NCBI GenBank assembly: GCA_002104905.1
Contig: MCFE01000061.1
Span: forward strand, 124,001 to 188,000
Length of the DNA stretch: 64,000 bases
From: Basidiobolus meristosporus CBS 931.73
Taxonomy: Eukaryota; Fungi; Basidiobolomycota
Reading direction: 5' to 3'
A program made the position numbers and the translations under genes. Below, piece after piece: positions 26,201 through 39,505 of the stretch. The notes below the pieces were generated by a model. It worked only from the letters and a program-made list of their open reading frames with translations. It ran no database searches and was not told the origin of the DNA. Position 1 is the stretch's first letter. Each line of letters begins with the position of its first letter.

Positions 26201-27504
26201 CTACATCTCTTCCAAGGATTCCTCAACATCAACCACCAAGGCAACTAGTACGCTGATGTCATCGATTTTACCACCTTGGTAGTAAAAACCTTCTTGCATA
26301 GCTCTATCCTGGAATGGGCTAGGGAAGGTTGAATCTTCACTGACAATTTTGGCCTGTCTTGCAAGCGCATCGCTAACTTTTTGTGGGTTGATGTTCATGA
26401 GCGAACCTGAGGTACTGCGCAGCACGATATCCAGTATATCCTCATCTGAAAGATTATCATAGATCCCATCGCTTCCCAGTATCACAATATCTCCTTTTTC
26501 AACCTTAACTGTAAATGCTTGTGCATCGGATGGCTTATCCAAGGAGCCAGTTCCTAACTGATAAGGGTAATTGAAGCAGTGCTGCTGTTCCTCTGTACGA
26601 AAAACGAAATCTCCTTGACGAATTACGGAAACGCCGCAATCACCCAGGTTCGCAATTCGCAGTTCGTCGTCTCGAAGCACTACAATACATGCCGTACTAG
26701 AGCCAAGAATTCCCTGGATGATTATAATGGTTAGGTACGTGATCAACAACGAAGTACCACGAAAACACTACCAACCTCTTTGGCTACGTCCCTGTTTAGC
26801 AACTCGTAACTCCTTTCAAGTATCTTGGTTGGGCTAACGTCGTAGTAGTCGTAGAAAAGCCCATCCTCAATACCATCATATTTTTCAAGTTCTAAACATG
26901 CATAGTGCATCAATTTGCGAGAAAAAAGTGCTGGGTTTGCTCCTGATGGAGAAGACGCATATTAGTCGAATTCCACGTTGCAATAATCCGGAGAACTCTA
27001 ACCTTTTTTCCCTTTCCAACCTCCTACTCCGTCGGCAACACCCATGGCGTCATGTCTTCTGAAATATGAATCTTCTCCACATCCTATGCTGTAATAGGGC
27101 AGATCATCGGCTATAGAGACGGCGGGGTTTTTTGGGATTCCTGAAGCACCGTGGGTAAAAGTGTAAAGCTGTCTATTCACTGGAGCAGACTTATCGCAAA
27201 GACTATACAGAGCTTCTTTGCTATCCGCCCAAGGTTCGGTATGATCAAGAGGGAAGTTTCGAGAAATGGAATGTGGAGGTAAGCCACGATCTTCTGTTAT
27301 TTCATATGCCTGAGGATAGTGGCGCAAACGAGGAGCAATGGAGAAGACAGAGGCCCGGGACATGGTGGGAGGAATTCTTGGCAAAGGAGCGTGTGAAGAA
27401 TTTACCACTCGAGATATTCTGAGGGAAGCCCCATTGCTAGAAATGATCCCAAGGTTGCGGGCCTGATGTTTGACGATGCTGGTTAGTTTGACGGTGCTAG
27501 CCAT
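26201..27504 (-). CDS. PTC7: PP2C-family protein phosphatase, PTC7-like, with N-terminal targeting-like extension
   Basis: GEDSYFRRHDAMGVADGVGGW, GSSTACIVVL, ANLGDCG, QQHCFNYPYQLG, ILGSDGIYDNL, GGKIDDISV. Confidence 0.88.
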
Positions 27505-28937
27505 GGCCCAAGTGGGTTTTTCAAGGAAGTTCCAAGGACAAAAGGAAATAGTTTACGAAGACTGCTTCAAGCTCGTACTATAGTTCGCCGAAATATTATT
27601 TAGTCGCAGTTCCGATGGAAAATAGATTGTTCCAAGTGAGAAAAGATTAGAAAAGGTAGAGGTAAAAGAGTGATATCAGAAACCATAAGCGCCTAGTTTA
27701 TGTCCTCTGACAATTTATTAAACTAAAATAAAAGGAATGGAAAAAGGCATTGGATAAAAATGGCCATGACCAGCGTAAAGACGGATAAATACGGGTGATG
27801 GGCATCTTGAAGTCACTGGACTGTGAGTTCGCACATTGCGGATGAAACACAAAGATCAAGCTAATTCTAACGAATGCACTATATCGATATGCATGGTGGG
27901 TGTGCATTCTGTGGAAATCTGCTGAACGACAAATCGAGTGCAATATTCTCTCATTCACTTTCTTTTTTTATAAACCACTATGTCAGCTGAGACCCGTAGG
28001 AAGCATGATTGGACTTTAGCGTGCTCACTAGATTATCTCCAACTATATCTTAGCTGTATTGATTCCATCATATCAGCAACTAAAACCTGAAAATCAAGAT
28101 ACATCAAATCACTTGAAAGGTCAGCTGACCGGCCACTATTATCACAACTACCAGTCACCCACCATCCTTTGATCAGGTTGATTCATCTCAAGATAGATCT
28201 TTAATACTGAATTTAATTAGCGCCTGCTTGTTTCTGATCAAATGATAGGAAAGCCGAGTCATGTAGCTACCTGGATTTCTTGTTGAAATGATGGACTGAG
28301 CTACTCATTGTTACGGTACCCAAAACCCGAAAGAGATCTGGATTCCGTTAGTAACTGCTCAATTGTAGTCGTCGTATTGGTAATTAATCGAGTCGTGGAA
28401 CTCGCTCTTCACAAATCATTGCCTTTGTGGAATTCAAGAATTCGCACACTCCCTCATCGAATGAGTGATGTAGAAAGGTGTCAGTAGAATGATTCTTTTT
28501 GATCCACAAATAGAATGGCATGGCATAAGCGCAAGGCTTCTGAAGGGCTTTGGTGTTGAATTGTCGGTGCCCAAATTAGTCAAAGTGAGGTTCTGAAAAT
28601 GAGATCCAAGCATGCGCCTGGATATTAGCACTATGTATGGTACCCACTGTGGCTGGCGCTAAATGCTGGTTTCGGAGTATTATGGTGCCGCATGATGGTT
28701 GGTGGAAAAGACTGCTATCTTATTGCGTGCTATGACTACCCATGGTTTTATTATAAGCTGTGGGTTGAGATACCTATGCCACAGATGGCAAGATGAGCTA
28801 ACTTGGTTAGACTTTGTGAATTAGGTATCCTATAGAACATACTCTAGATGAAGCTAATCCTGAACATCATGGCTAGAGCATTAATTCTTGGTCAGCACGC
28901 TGGTGCAAGCCCTCGATCGGCCTACCGCCGGCCATAG

Positions 28938-31291
28938 CTAAGCGATCTGGGCACAGTTTGTGGGTGCCTCCAGCTCTTTGCCAAATTGATTCAGGGCCCA
29001 TAGAGCCACACCATTGGTCCAGCCAAAGCCGTCTTGGACAGTATACTCACCACCACCCCCAGGACGACCTGGTCTGGTTGCGTCGTACTTCTCAAACAAC
29101 TTCCCACTGTCTGTAGTGTTTGGGAGTTTTGCCAATACCCCTGGGATCTCTCCACCAGTAAGTCGCCAGCCGCAGTACGTAGAATTAATGAAAACCTGTG
29201 CAATCGCAACGGCTAGCTTGTGGAGTCTTTCGCGGATTTGCTTGAACGGGACTCGGTGCTCCACTTCGGTGATGGCCTTCATGGCCACAAACACTAGCGG
29301 CGGCTATTCACGCATTCAGTTAGACACTTGGCCAGTCATGTAGAAATGGGGAAGGTGTACCCAAGAGTTCGGAAAATCCCATTGTAAGGTACTGGCTGTC
29401 ATTGTGATCGGAATTCCTCCTGGATATTCTTCCGCATAATCCTCAACCGCATCAAATGACTTCATGATGTCCGCTGGTCTCTTGAAGAAATCGTCAGGGA
29501 ATATTCCTGACCTATATGGGCATATGTCTCAGTGCTGCATACAGAGAAGGACTAGAAAAAGTTTACCAGAATGGCCAGTAGTTGGCTGGGGTGAGGGTCT
29601 TCTCAATTGCATGGCTTGTGAGGTTGAAGTCGTAGAATACTCGATCCTTGTCATCCCAGAGAAGATCAACGATAGACCGACTACGTTTTTGGGCAGCTTC
29701 CTCGTAGAATGTATGCAATTTTGGCGTAGTAGTGTTTCTCTCCAGGATTCTATGAAAATCAGCCAAAATCTTTTCGTTCATGTGCATGATGGAGTTCAGG
29801 TCGACTGGTATGATCATTCGCGTGTTCAATGTACGAAGTATCTCCTCTGGTGTCTCGTCTCCTTTTGGTATGAGCGTCACAAAGCGCGTACTATAATCCC
29901 AACCTAAGAGTGGAGCTGTGGTGAGCATCGAGTACATGACTCCATTGGGTTGGATCGGGCCTACCGGTTTCAGCACCAGTAGCAATATCTGCATACAGCT
30001 CTTGCTGCTTGGACACATTGAATCCAGAATACTCTACAGTAATAATGTCCTCATGGTACGACTCTGGACGTGGATACCTATTGTTCACATTATACCTCAT
30101 CAGCTCGTGGAGTTTACCTTGGCGATCCTGTACTACCACAGTATGCCTTGCCCTCCAGTAATTATATTCCTTGTCCAAAGTAGGAAGAGCGCGTCTCAAA
30201 AGCTCGACATCCTTTGTTTTGTCCATGTAGATTTTGACCATTTGTGTTAAAAGAGGAGGCTGGGAACGATTCAAATAGTACACACGTGCTCCGTTTGCTA
30301 CGAAAACTGGGTCAGTAGGCGCTATTAGCCAAGTTCACTAAAAACCCTAGTTTACGCATAAATCCATATTCATCCACTATGTCCAGGAAGTTTAGAATCA
30401 TATCCTTTGAGATTGTATTCAGGTCGCCAAGTAGCAAACCCTCCAGCACAAAATATGTATCCTACACATGGAAGTCAATATCAATGCCTCTGCTGTGTGC
30501 GTTAACTTCGGTGGCTATGAATTACCCTATGCATTATCAATCAATCAGTTGGCCTCAATGCAACTATAGAGATTCAAGCATACCAATAGTAAATCTCCTT
30601 AAATCTTCCTCCTGGAATGATAAAAGGCCTAGGAACCCGGATCAAAGAGGTAGCACATCCCTCACAAGGGAGATCCTGAGCCATTCTACGAGTCAGAGTT
30701 TTCCAGAAGCCATGAATGAATGATGCAAACCCCTTGAGGTAGCGGTCCTTGATTTGTTGAAGGAACGGAGGATTAGGATTGAAGTCGGGAAGCTCGACCT
30801 TCAGTAAGTCATTCTCATTGTCTGTAAAGTAGTCAGCAACAAACTTCTTGAGGACTGATCGAGTGGCATTTCTTGGAAGCTTGAAAAATGCAGTCAGGAT
30901 TTCGTTAATTGGACGCTTGGTGCCCTATCAAGACGTTAAGATATGGTCAGGAGAAGATTCAATGACCAACTATTTTCGTAATCTCTACCCGATCAACAAA
31001 TGTCTTGGAATCTTCAAAAAGCTTTGCTCGCTGAATTCTATCAAGAAAAGGGCCAGGACAATAAATAGGCGAGTCGCAGCTTTTGACTTCCACATCGTCA
31101 TCCACATCGTCATCCGCATCGCCTCCCAATTGATCCTCAGATACCGATGCTACTTCCGAAGGCTCTCCCATCGTTCCCGCTGCCATGGCCAGTTCCAGGG
31201 ACTGTCTCCCCATCGCTTGGCCACGAGTAAAGATGTGTTTCCTACTCATTAAGGCCATACCCAGTATGAAAACGAATCGCTCTAGTCTCAT
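28938..31291 (-). CDS. Trehalase, glycoside hydrolase family 37, multi-exon, probable secreted/membrane-anchored
   Basis: [10 protein letters not shown]...[65 protein letters not shown]...[18 protein letters not shown]. Confidence 0.93.
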
Positions 31292-34112
31292 TGTATCCTT
31301 CTATATCACCTTTCGATCTTGTGAGTTGTTGGCGGTGGATAATGAGAGAGAAGGCTCGTTTGGGAAGTAGCAAGTATCGAGTGATCTAGCAGCGACACTA
31401 CCTTCGCAAAAAAGCGGCCGATACCAACGTATATATTGACCAGCGTGCAGTTTTTTACCCGGATTTCTGAAATTCACCGAATCTTAGATATCCTATTCTA
31501 CGACGTTTCGGGTCCGTTATGTAGATCATATTTCGTGATTCAACGAGCTTCGACTGTTTTAGAAACTCAGGATCCTCTAGGCGAACACTTACCGCCCGCA
31601 TGAAACTTCAGCACCTACAGCGGCGGTTTCATTAGAGCTGGACTTGTGGGTGGTTTCTGATGAAAAGAGCTTGTAACAAACGGTTAAAATTCCCTACACC
31701 ATCAAACCAGCGACTACTCAAAACCATGAGTGTGTGGAGTGGTTTGTAAAAACATATCTGGCTGATCTCCATGATGACTGACGGTTGGATTGATCTTCGA
31801 TCGTAGTTGGAATTTCATGTTTCAGTTGGATACAATAGCAGTTTCAATCCACGAATGCTTAGATTCATTGGAGCAATTATCCGAGAGTCGGCCTATGTGG
31901 ACATTAGAGTTTATCACTCGCAGCAAACGTTGGTAGAATGATCTATTTCCAAGCGCACCGCACAAAAGGGGTTGTAGAGAAACGTGACTGTGGATGCTGG
32001 GTCGCTATTTTCCTAGTATAGCAAGGAGACATGTATTGCCTGTAGATCACGTTCTCAGTGGAATGACGATTTCCTTTTATTGAACCTTCTTCTACACAAG
32101 GTCATAGTGATTTCGTCATATGCTTCGATGGAGTAGAACGTAGTGTAGGCGTGGCCATCGGTTTCCCATGGTGGCAAGCTGCGCATAAACTGAAATGCAG
32201 CCGACAATTATGTAGAGGTGAAAACTGGATTAGTTGATATGATAAGATGAGGAGCGAGGATCTTTGGCTGGAGTATTGCCAAATCAGAAGTACCAATTGG
32301 CAGTATTTTTATGTGTCACGTAGCCTCCATTGAATAGAGTCCCTTAACAAGACTGGTTAACTATATGAAATATGCAGCACCATCATCTACAACTTGGCTT
32401 GACATGATCTAGACTTGGCGAGTCGACAACCTATCAACTCAGAGACCTTGTGTACATATTACACATACAAGCCAGCCAAAAAGTGGTGTTGAGGAACTCC
32501 AGAAGATGCCTGTTGGTTTGGAGTAACTCTAGGCAATCGCGAATGAATAGTTGGGTTCAACTCACAGTTTCACGATCCCTGGATAGAACTCCATAGCAAA
32601 TCAAGCAATCGTCTCCCAGACATTTTGAGAAGAGGCGTGTTGTCAGTCCAATTAGTGCTTTACTCTATCCAACTTAAATTTATGATTGACTAGAAAACTG
32701 GGTCTCATTACGTCACATCCGTTTGAGTACACACCTTTTTAGTTAGTTTAGATGCAATTCCCAGGCAATACTATATACAGATCAACCCAATGGGTTGCTA
32801 TCCTTGAATGGGAACCACGTTTCTAGTATGGAAGGCGAGAATATGTAGAATACCTGGCTGTTGCTACATATAGTTTGATGAATGTGGATTGCAACAACTG
32901 ACGTGCAGAATTTCCTATTTTTTCCAAAACCTGTCAGATCATAACTTCGGCCTATAGGGTGTGTGTAGCCAGGATCCCCCTGATGGATATCAACCAGACG
33001 TAACCATGCATGTTTGTTTGTTTTGGTTCTAACCCTTTACCGTATACCGTAAATATGTAGAGCACTTTAAATCAGCTAGTCGATAGCGGGGTACCGTTAA
33101 GCCGCTGGATACAAACCGGAGGCTGGAGATTGACTCCTACGTGAGTAGAACGCCCCAAAAGTAGCGTGAAATCTATTGTCGCTTGTAATTGGACGCTTTT
33201 GGAGGATCTAGAACAACTAGAACGGGGTGAGACGGCTAGATCACATTGCCTTGAAAAGCAGCAAAATAAGATTTCTTTTCTAGGTGAGATATTCCAAATG
33301 CTTCTAGCGGGTATGCTAGACATCGCCTGACGAAGGTTATGATTTTCCTTCATTCTTGGATCTCAAAAGCAAACTAGTCTGCAATATTGGCACCATGATG
33401 CGGCCCTGTTTGGTTTAGCATTCTATCTGGTTGACGGCGTGATTCAGCCAGTCTCTCGAACCATGTCTACATTGCCCTTAATTGGTACACGAGTTGAACA
33501 CCTGCATCATATAGAACCTTCAGGGCACTTACTACAGACTTGCCCGTATCCTGGTATCATCTAGACCAACTCCACAGCATTATATTCAGCGAGGTGATGC
33601 TGCAGCCACCACTAACCTTCGTGAGCTTATACTTCCGACCCTCGATAATATCAATAGAATACTTGGAGTATATGAATAGAGCATAAGAGGCAGAAGTCGA
33701 TGCCTAGTTGGTCGGATGAGTCAAGTGATACAAAAGGTCAGATCACAAACCCAAAACCTAATAGGAAAATGACTCCGTAGAAACCAAATATATCGACGTG
33801 TGGTTTAATGAGCACGAATCACCGAAGTCTAGCCAACCTCTGTTTATTGAGCCTTATGATTTGGCATTTATTAGTGTGGCAGTGATTTGATTTGGTACTA
33901 TCATCTAGTAAATCTACAACAGTGCTGGATCGGTTTCCTATCAAACCAAAGATATCCAATAAAGCCAATTGTATCACTATTATACTTCATTATCTCTCGC
34001 CTAATCTACAAATCAACCAGACTTCGGCATTAATATAAATGGCCACCGCTCGGCCTTCGAATCCGTATTCCAATATTCCTCCCTACATTACTTTGCCGTC
34101 TTGATCAGGCAA

Positions 34113-35129
34113 ATGGTAGAAAAACTTGAACGACACCTGACGAGATATCTCACCGCCCTCTCTCTAGGATGCTCGTTAACCGTGGTGGTGGCTGTATTGA
34201 CGATATTTCGCTATCGTCGAAAGTACGCTGACCGCGTTTCATTTCGTCTTGCCTTTATGTTGATTTGTGTGGACGTTTTTTTAGCCCTATTTCATATATT
34301 AGACTATGTGCTATATATCCCAAGTCGAGTGTGCACCTTCAGCGCATGGGGTACTTTGACCTGCGAGCTAATGACCATTTTTCTGAACGTAACTATTGCA
34401 TACAATCTACAAGTGGTCTTTCTGCAAGAAAAATCCAACATCAAGCAATTCGAGAAGCTCTTCGTCGGCGGCTCATTGGCTTTGGCAGTAACATTGAGCA
34501 GCATTGTGGCCATAGGCGGAAAGCTAGGGTACGATCCAAATGACGGGGTTGCTTGTTGGTACATCAACGTAGGTACATCACCAACGATTATCTACGAGTG
34601 GACCTGCGAGCTCTCCTGGATAGTTTTGGAACTATGGTATCTTCTTATTGTTATTAGCCTGGTAGCACACAAGCTGATCAAACAGTCCGCCATGTTACGC
34701 GAACGAAGCCAAAACGAGTGCTTCGAGACCAAAAAACAGCAGCTCTATACCGCCAAGATGGTCAACTATGCTGTTAGACGGATTACCTTATATCCACTAG
34801 TCCCATTACTCGCCCATTCTTCCAAGATGATCACCCTGATCTTCTCGTACTCGGGGACTCCTATACCCTTCTGGCTGCGTATCATTACCTTCTCGTTAAT
34901 CGTGTCACAGGGGACTCTTGACAGCATAGTTTTTCTTTTCGATCCCACCCTGCATGCCATCTGGACCGAGTACAAGAGTTCCAGACAGCAGAAGATGAAA
35001 CAGCAGAGCATCTACACCCCCACCAAGAACGCGGTTCAGATCCCCATAGCTTCTACCGAGGAACTCACTTACCAGCCGTCCCACGGAAATATCAGCAGCA
35101 ATCCCATAGATTATATCAAATCATTGTAG
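34113..35129 (+). CDS. Seven-transmembrane GPCR-like protein (Git3/cAMP-receptor-like), single exon
   Basis: Seven hydrophobic segments. DRVSFRL after TM1, Cys at the start of TM3, CWY in loop 2, RRITLYPLVP in TM6, QGTLDSIVFLFDP in TM7. Confidence 0.8.
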   Translation: MVEKLERHLTRYLTALSLGCSLTVVVAVLTIFRYRRKYADRVSFRLAFMLICVDVFLALFHILDYVLYIPSRVCTFSAWGTLTCELMTIFLNVTIAYNLQVVFLQEKSNIKQFEKLFVGGSLALAVTLSSIVAIGGKLGYDPNDGVACWYINVGTSPTIIYEWTCELSWIVLELWYLLIVISLVAHKLIKQSAMLRERSQNECFETKKQQLYTAKMVNYAVRRITLYPLVPLLAHSSKMITLIFSYSGTPIPFWLRIITFSLIVSQGTLDSIVFLFDPTLHAIWTEYKSSRQQKMKQQSIYTPTKNAVQIPIASTEELTYQPSHGNISSNPIDYIKSL

Positions 35130-36165
35130 CCAATTCGCGTACCAGTGCTTCGCACCAATTAACCTTTTCCCTCATTTAGAATATGGGATCACCATCCGTA
35201 TCCCATTGTGCACATGTAATTTGGTTGTAAATATCTAATATAAAGCAAATGCTATTATGAAACTTGCCGTTTCCTACTTAGATGCACACCGCCTGACTTT
35301 TCCTTGGTATCACGACCGATCGGGATCTAGTGAGCGATATGGAATAAATATAGCCCTGATCCAGCGATAACTTCCAAGCGCAACGCCATGTTGTTAGTCT
35401 AGACCTTATCAGGTGGATACTGGTCGTTTAGAGGCTTTCATTGGATGTCACCTGCACAGCCCTGATACACGAAGAGTTTGGGGTCCTAGCCTGCCTATCC
35501 TGCCTCATTATACACTGGTGATTCACAGTAGGGTGGCTGAATGGTCGTGTGCCAGCATGATTCACGTGCCTTCAACAGGCTAAATGTTGTTCCCTGCGCT
35601 TAATTGTATGCAGGATATGGCGAGCTAGTAGCCACGGCTTACAAGGGTAGGTTTCAAGCGATGGAAGAATGATTCCTTAACCACAAGAGAAGTTCTATCT
35701 CATCACCGAAATATTTGCGTTGGTCAGGGGGAGGCTGATGTGGTGTCTAGTAAGAAACAAAATCCAACGGGCGGTGGTGAAGCAATTTACCAAAGTGTGG
35801 GGCGAAAGATTCAGCCATATCTCTAAAATCCCAAACCTATAATCCTTTTTGCTGTTTGAGGTGAATCAACGAATGAAACAGCTGTTCAGCATTCTTCAAA
35901 TCAGACCTAAACTTGGTAAGTCTGAACTAATGTCTTGGACATCACATCCAATATTTAACCGATAGAACAATTTCATACATGTGAGCAGAAAGTGCACCGC
36001 TTCTGAAGACGTGATAGAGACCCGATCAGTCTCGCCTAACCCCATGAGTGATGTGTAATTGTTTTCACAGTATCCGTACCTTTCAATCGGGATGGTCTAG
36101 ATATTTACGCTGATCACGTCATCAAACTGAATCAACTTCCCACTCGAGACACTTCAAGAGGCCAA

Positions 36166-36220
36166 GTGAGGTAGTAATGAGGTAGTGGTGAGGTGGTGAT
36201 GAGGTAGTGGTAAGGTAGCA
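36166..36220 (+). repeat. Five degenerate copies of an 11-bp unit (RRTGAGGTAGT)
   Basis: gtgaggtagt aatgaggtagt ggtgaggtggt gatgaggtagt ggtaaggtagc read directly. Confidence 0.8.
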
Positions 36221-36390
36221 GGGTATAGCTTGGTGATGATGGCTGCCTGTTCAGATTCTCAACTTTATTGAAGTCACAAAATCATTGATATCTTCGACTT
36301 TCCGCTTGACCCCGGCCATGATTCTATTATCCAGGGTGGCCGCTTTCTTAAACGACTTAATGTGGAAATTGTCCATCGAAAAGGTCCAAA

Positions 36391-37561
36391 ATGTCTGCTA
36401 ATAGTTATCTGGATATACTTCATAGTATAGATCCCGTAGCCAACGAAGATTTAAAGGCGTACGCCCCGTTTATCGTCGATGGTATAAAGGTGGGGTTACT
36501 GGAAGAAAAAGTATGCCAGAAAATCCTCGAGTATGGTCATCTTGTAGACAATCAGTTGCTGGTGACGTCAAATGAGGAGGGTCAAGCCTATGTCACTTTT
36601 TCAGCTTCAGTAACGGATTCCAACAATCGTACCAAGATTTTAAAAACATTGACGGTAATGTGGGCTCAAAAAGAAATGTTTTCCCCCGCCTTACTCAATT
36701 GTTAACAGGAGGCTTGGAGGGAAGCAGCGGAGTTCAATACATTGGCAGGTAAAGGATTGTTTACTCCTCTTTCTTATCCCTCGTTCTCATCAAAATTTGA
36801 GGCTGGAGAGGAGAACTATTTGCGATACACGGTGACCCAAATGACCCGAGAGGATTCTTCTTTGAGTTGGAACGCTCTGCCAGTCCAATTTTTGGAATTG
36901 GTACATACGGATCGCATTTGAACGGATTGGTTCGCACCGAAAACAAACTACCGAAAGTGTGGATTGGTCAACGTGCAGCGAGTAAACAAACGTGGCCCAA
37001 CTTCCTGGACAATACTGTAATTCCTCCCTGCCTCGCAACCCGCAATCTTCTTTCTAATATAAAAGCCTGTAGGTAGGTGGGGGGATCTCGTCTGGGTGCT
37101 CGCCGAAGGAAATTATTATCAAGGAATCCATGGAGGAGGCAGGGATACCCAGTGAACTGGCTACCAACGCAGTGCTAACAGGCACTGTAAGCTATATGAT
37201 TGCCGCTCTAGGCCTGGAGCAATCGACACTGTAAAGAGCAAATCCACTTAGATATATATCAGAATACGGTTGACCTGTATTCATCCCTTTTAGATTTGTG
37301 TATGATCTCTATCTACCAGATGATTTCCAACCAGTCCCCCAGGACGGAGAAGTTGGCGCCTATTACCTGTACAGTTTCGAAGAGATTGAGCAGCTGCTGT
37401 TGGATGGGAAGTTCATGCCCGATGCCGCGATAGTCATAATTGATCTTTTCATTAGATTCGGGTATCTTACACCAGAAACCAACCCACACTATCAGCTCTT
37501 AGTGTATGGGATACATCGCAGGCTAGAAGTGCCTCCTATGTCTTTAGCAAGGTCGTCTTGA
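36391..37561 (+). CDS. Nudix hydrolase (YJR142W / thiamine-pyrophosphokinase-related type), multi-exon
   Basis: ERSASPIFGIGTYGSHLNG, VWIGQRAASKQTWPNFLDNTVGGG, Nudix box IIKESMEEAGI, YDLYLPDDFQPVPQDGEV. Confidence 0.88.
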
Positions 37562-38190
37562 TATCAAATAGACCCGCATGTCATGTAGATTGATACCTGT
37601 TTTGCCTGATCACTGGGTGATATACGTGTGTATAGAGGGTGATCCGGGGTTTTGAGAATAAAGCGGGATCAAACGAAGTTTGTCACAGACCATACATCAG
37701 TTACTTTATAGGTTGCCGTAAATGACTCCGACTATCATGTTGATCATCCATCTAATATGAATGCCCCGAGCTCATCAACTAATAGGCCGTTTCAAAGGTA
37801 CCTGCAGGTGGTTTCCATTCAGGATTGGTTGGCATCAGCCACAGATGGATCCCAGCCCCCCACCTAATGGTGATTCCTGAGCATCCCCAGCCATCACACG
37901 ATGTGCGATCTTTCAAAGCGACAGAGACCATCGGGCAGAAACGATACTGAAAGGGTGCAGTTTAATAATTGTATCCCGAACACAAGGTCGTAGGCTTGTC
38001 AGAAATACAGAAGACTATTGCTCTTCAGACAGAAGCACAGATGCGAATGATTAAATCAGGAATTCGATCAGCATGATACTCGGTATCTAAAATTGGCTTG
38101 CATGCAAGTGGTACAATTCATCAAAAGATAATAATAAAAGATAAGCCGTTTGATATTATGGCGCTGGGAAGTCAGATGAGTGGAAGATGG

Positions 38191-39505
38191 TTATTGACCC
38201 TTTAGAGGGTATCTCCTTTTGAGGATATCGACCCAAGACTCGGGCTTTGGGTTGATGCGGTACCCGAGTGTTCGCATCATTGTAGTCAGTCGAGGTCCAA
38301 TAGGGCCTGCCACGTATTGGCCTCCAATATCAACATCAGTCAGCAGATTCTCGCCAAACAGCTGGGTGAATCGCATCAGGAAGTCCGAGGTGTTTGAATA
38401 GGTGGTGTAGTCCAAATGGGTAATGCCCGAGCCTGGGATGAATGGGTTGAGGGAGGTCTCCAGGACGATGTCGTCGGCCTTGCTGGCCTTCTTGCCGACC
38501 CTAAACGTAATGGCATTCTTGGTGGTGGCTAGTTTATGGAAATGCGATGCAACGGTGGATTGGCGTGACTGGTTGAATGCCCTCATAAACTCGGTTTCGT
38601 TTTGGAAAACGGTTCCGGGTGGTACAAAGCTGTTCAACGCCTTCGTATAGTGCGAGATCGATCTGGAGGTATGGGCTTCAACCAAGTATCGGTCGAACGC
38701 TGCCTCGATAAATCCATGAAAGACCAGCTTTCCATCCTCCCTCTTTGAGAACCTGGGGAACGGGGTAAAGCCCTGAGAGTACGGGGTGAAGTACTGGATC
38801 CAGTTCGTGGTGACCCCCAGTCCATGGAATAGCTCGTGCGTAATTGCATACAAGAAGTCGTTCTGATCACGGTTTATGAAGTGACCGTCATCCATAAACC
38901 AGAAGTTGGCATCAGAGTTGAAAAAAGCGTTGATGTCCGAGGAGCTGTATTGGGGATGCTCTTTCAGTTTCATCTGCTTCAGTAACGCTTGAGGATACAT
39001 TCTCATCACACCATCTGAATCAACAAAGGGAATGGATCTTGCTGGATTAGCGGCCCCTAAAGGAGTATCAATCCAGATCAATATCAGTCCAACTCAAGAA
39101 TCACAGAACGACATTACCTGCAGCACCAAAGTCTCCACAGCCCACATTTAACTCCTTGCAGAACGAAATGAACGATACGTTAACGGCCACTGGCTCCTCC
39201 AAAGTAATCACATTCGTGATTAGGTCAAAGGCAGTCTCCAAGCTTCGGCGAACTTTACCGCATTGATCGTTTTGTACTGAGCACTTGAAGTCCAGCTCAA
39301 AGCGAGCGCTCTTCTTTCTCTTACCAGTAAGGCATCTCTTGGACAGTCCTTCATGGGGTCTCACGAGGTTGCAGTCTACCTCAACACCGTGGAAATCTCG
39401 TACCGGGTTTGGATAGTCAATGCAACTAGGTGGAGGCACATCTAGTGCCAGAGAGAGCCCGAAAGTGCACAGTAGCAGCAGAGCACCGAAGTTTCCTCGA
39501 ACCAT
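38191..39505 (-). CDS. Secreted putative zinc metalloprotease (HExxH), 2 exons
   Basis: Signal peptide MVRGNFGALLLLCTFGLSLA, Cys-containing N-terminal region, YPQALLKQ, DFLYAITHELFHGLG, PGSGITHLD and DFLMR. Confidence 0.75.

Noticed and set aside
35674-35690. TTCCTTAAC, a U12-type branch-site consensus
   Set aside because: No matching RTATCCTT donor upstream and not inside a called gene; no minor intron could be supported anywhere in the window.
36166-36232. Similarity of the TGAGGTAGT repeat to the let-7 microRNA
   Set aside because: No precursor hairpin, let-7 is an animal miRNA, and a short G-rich match is expected by chance.
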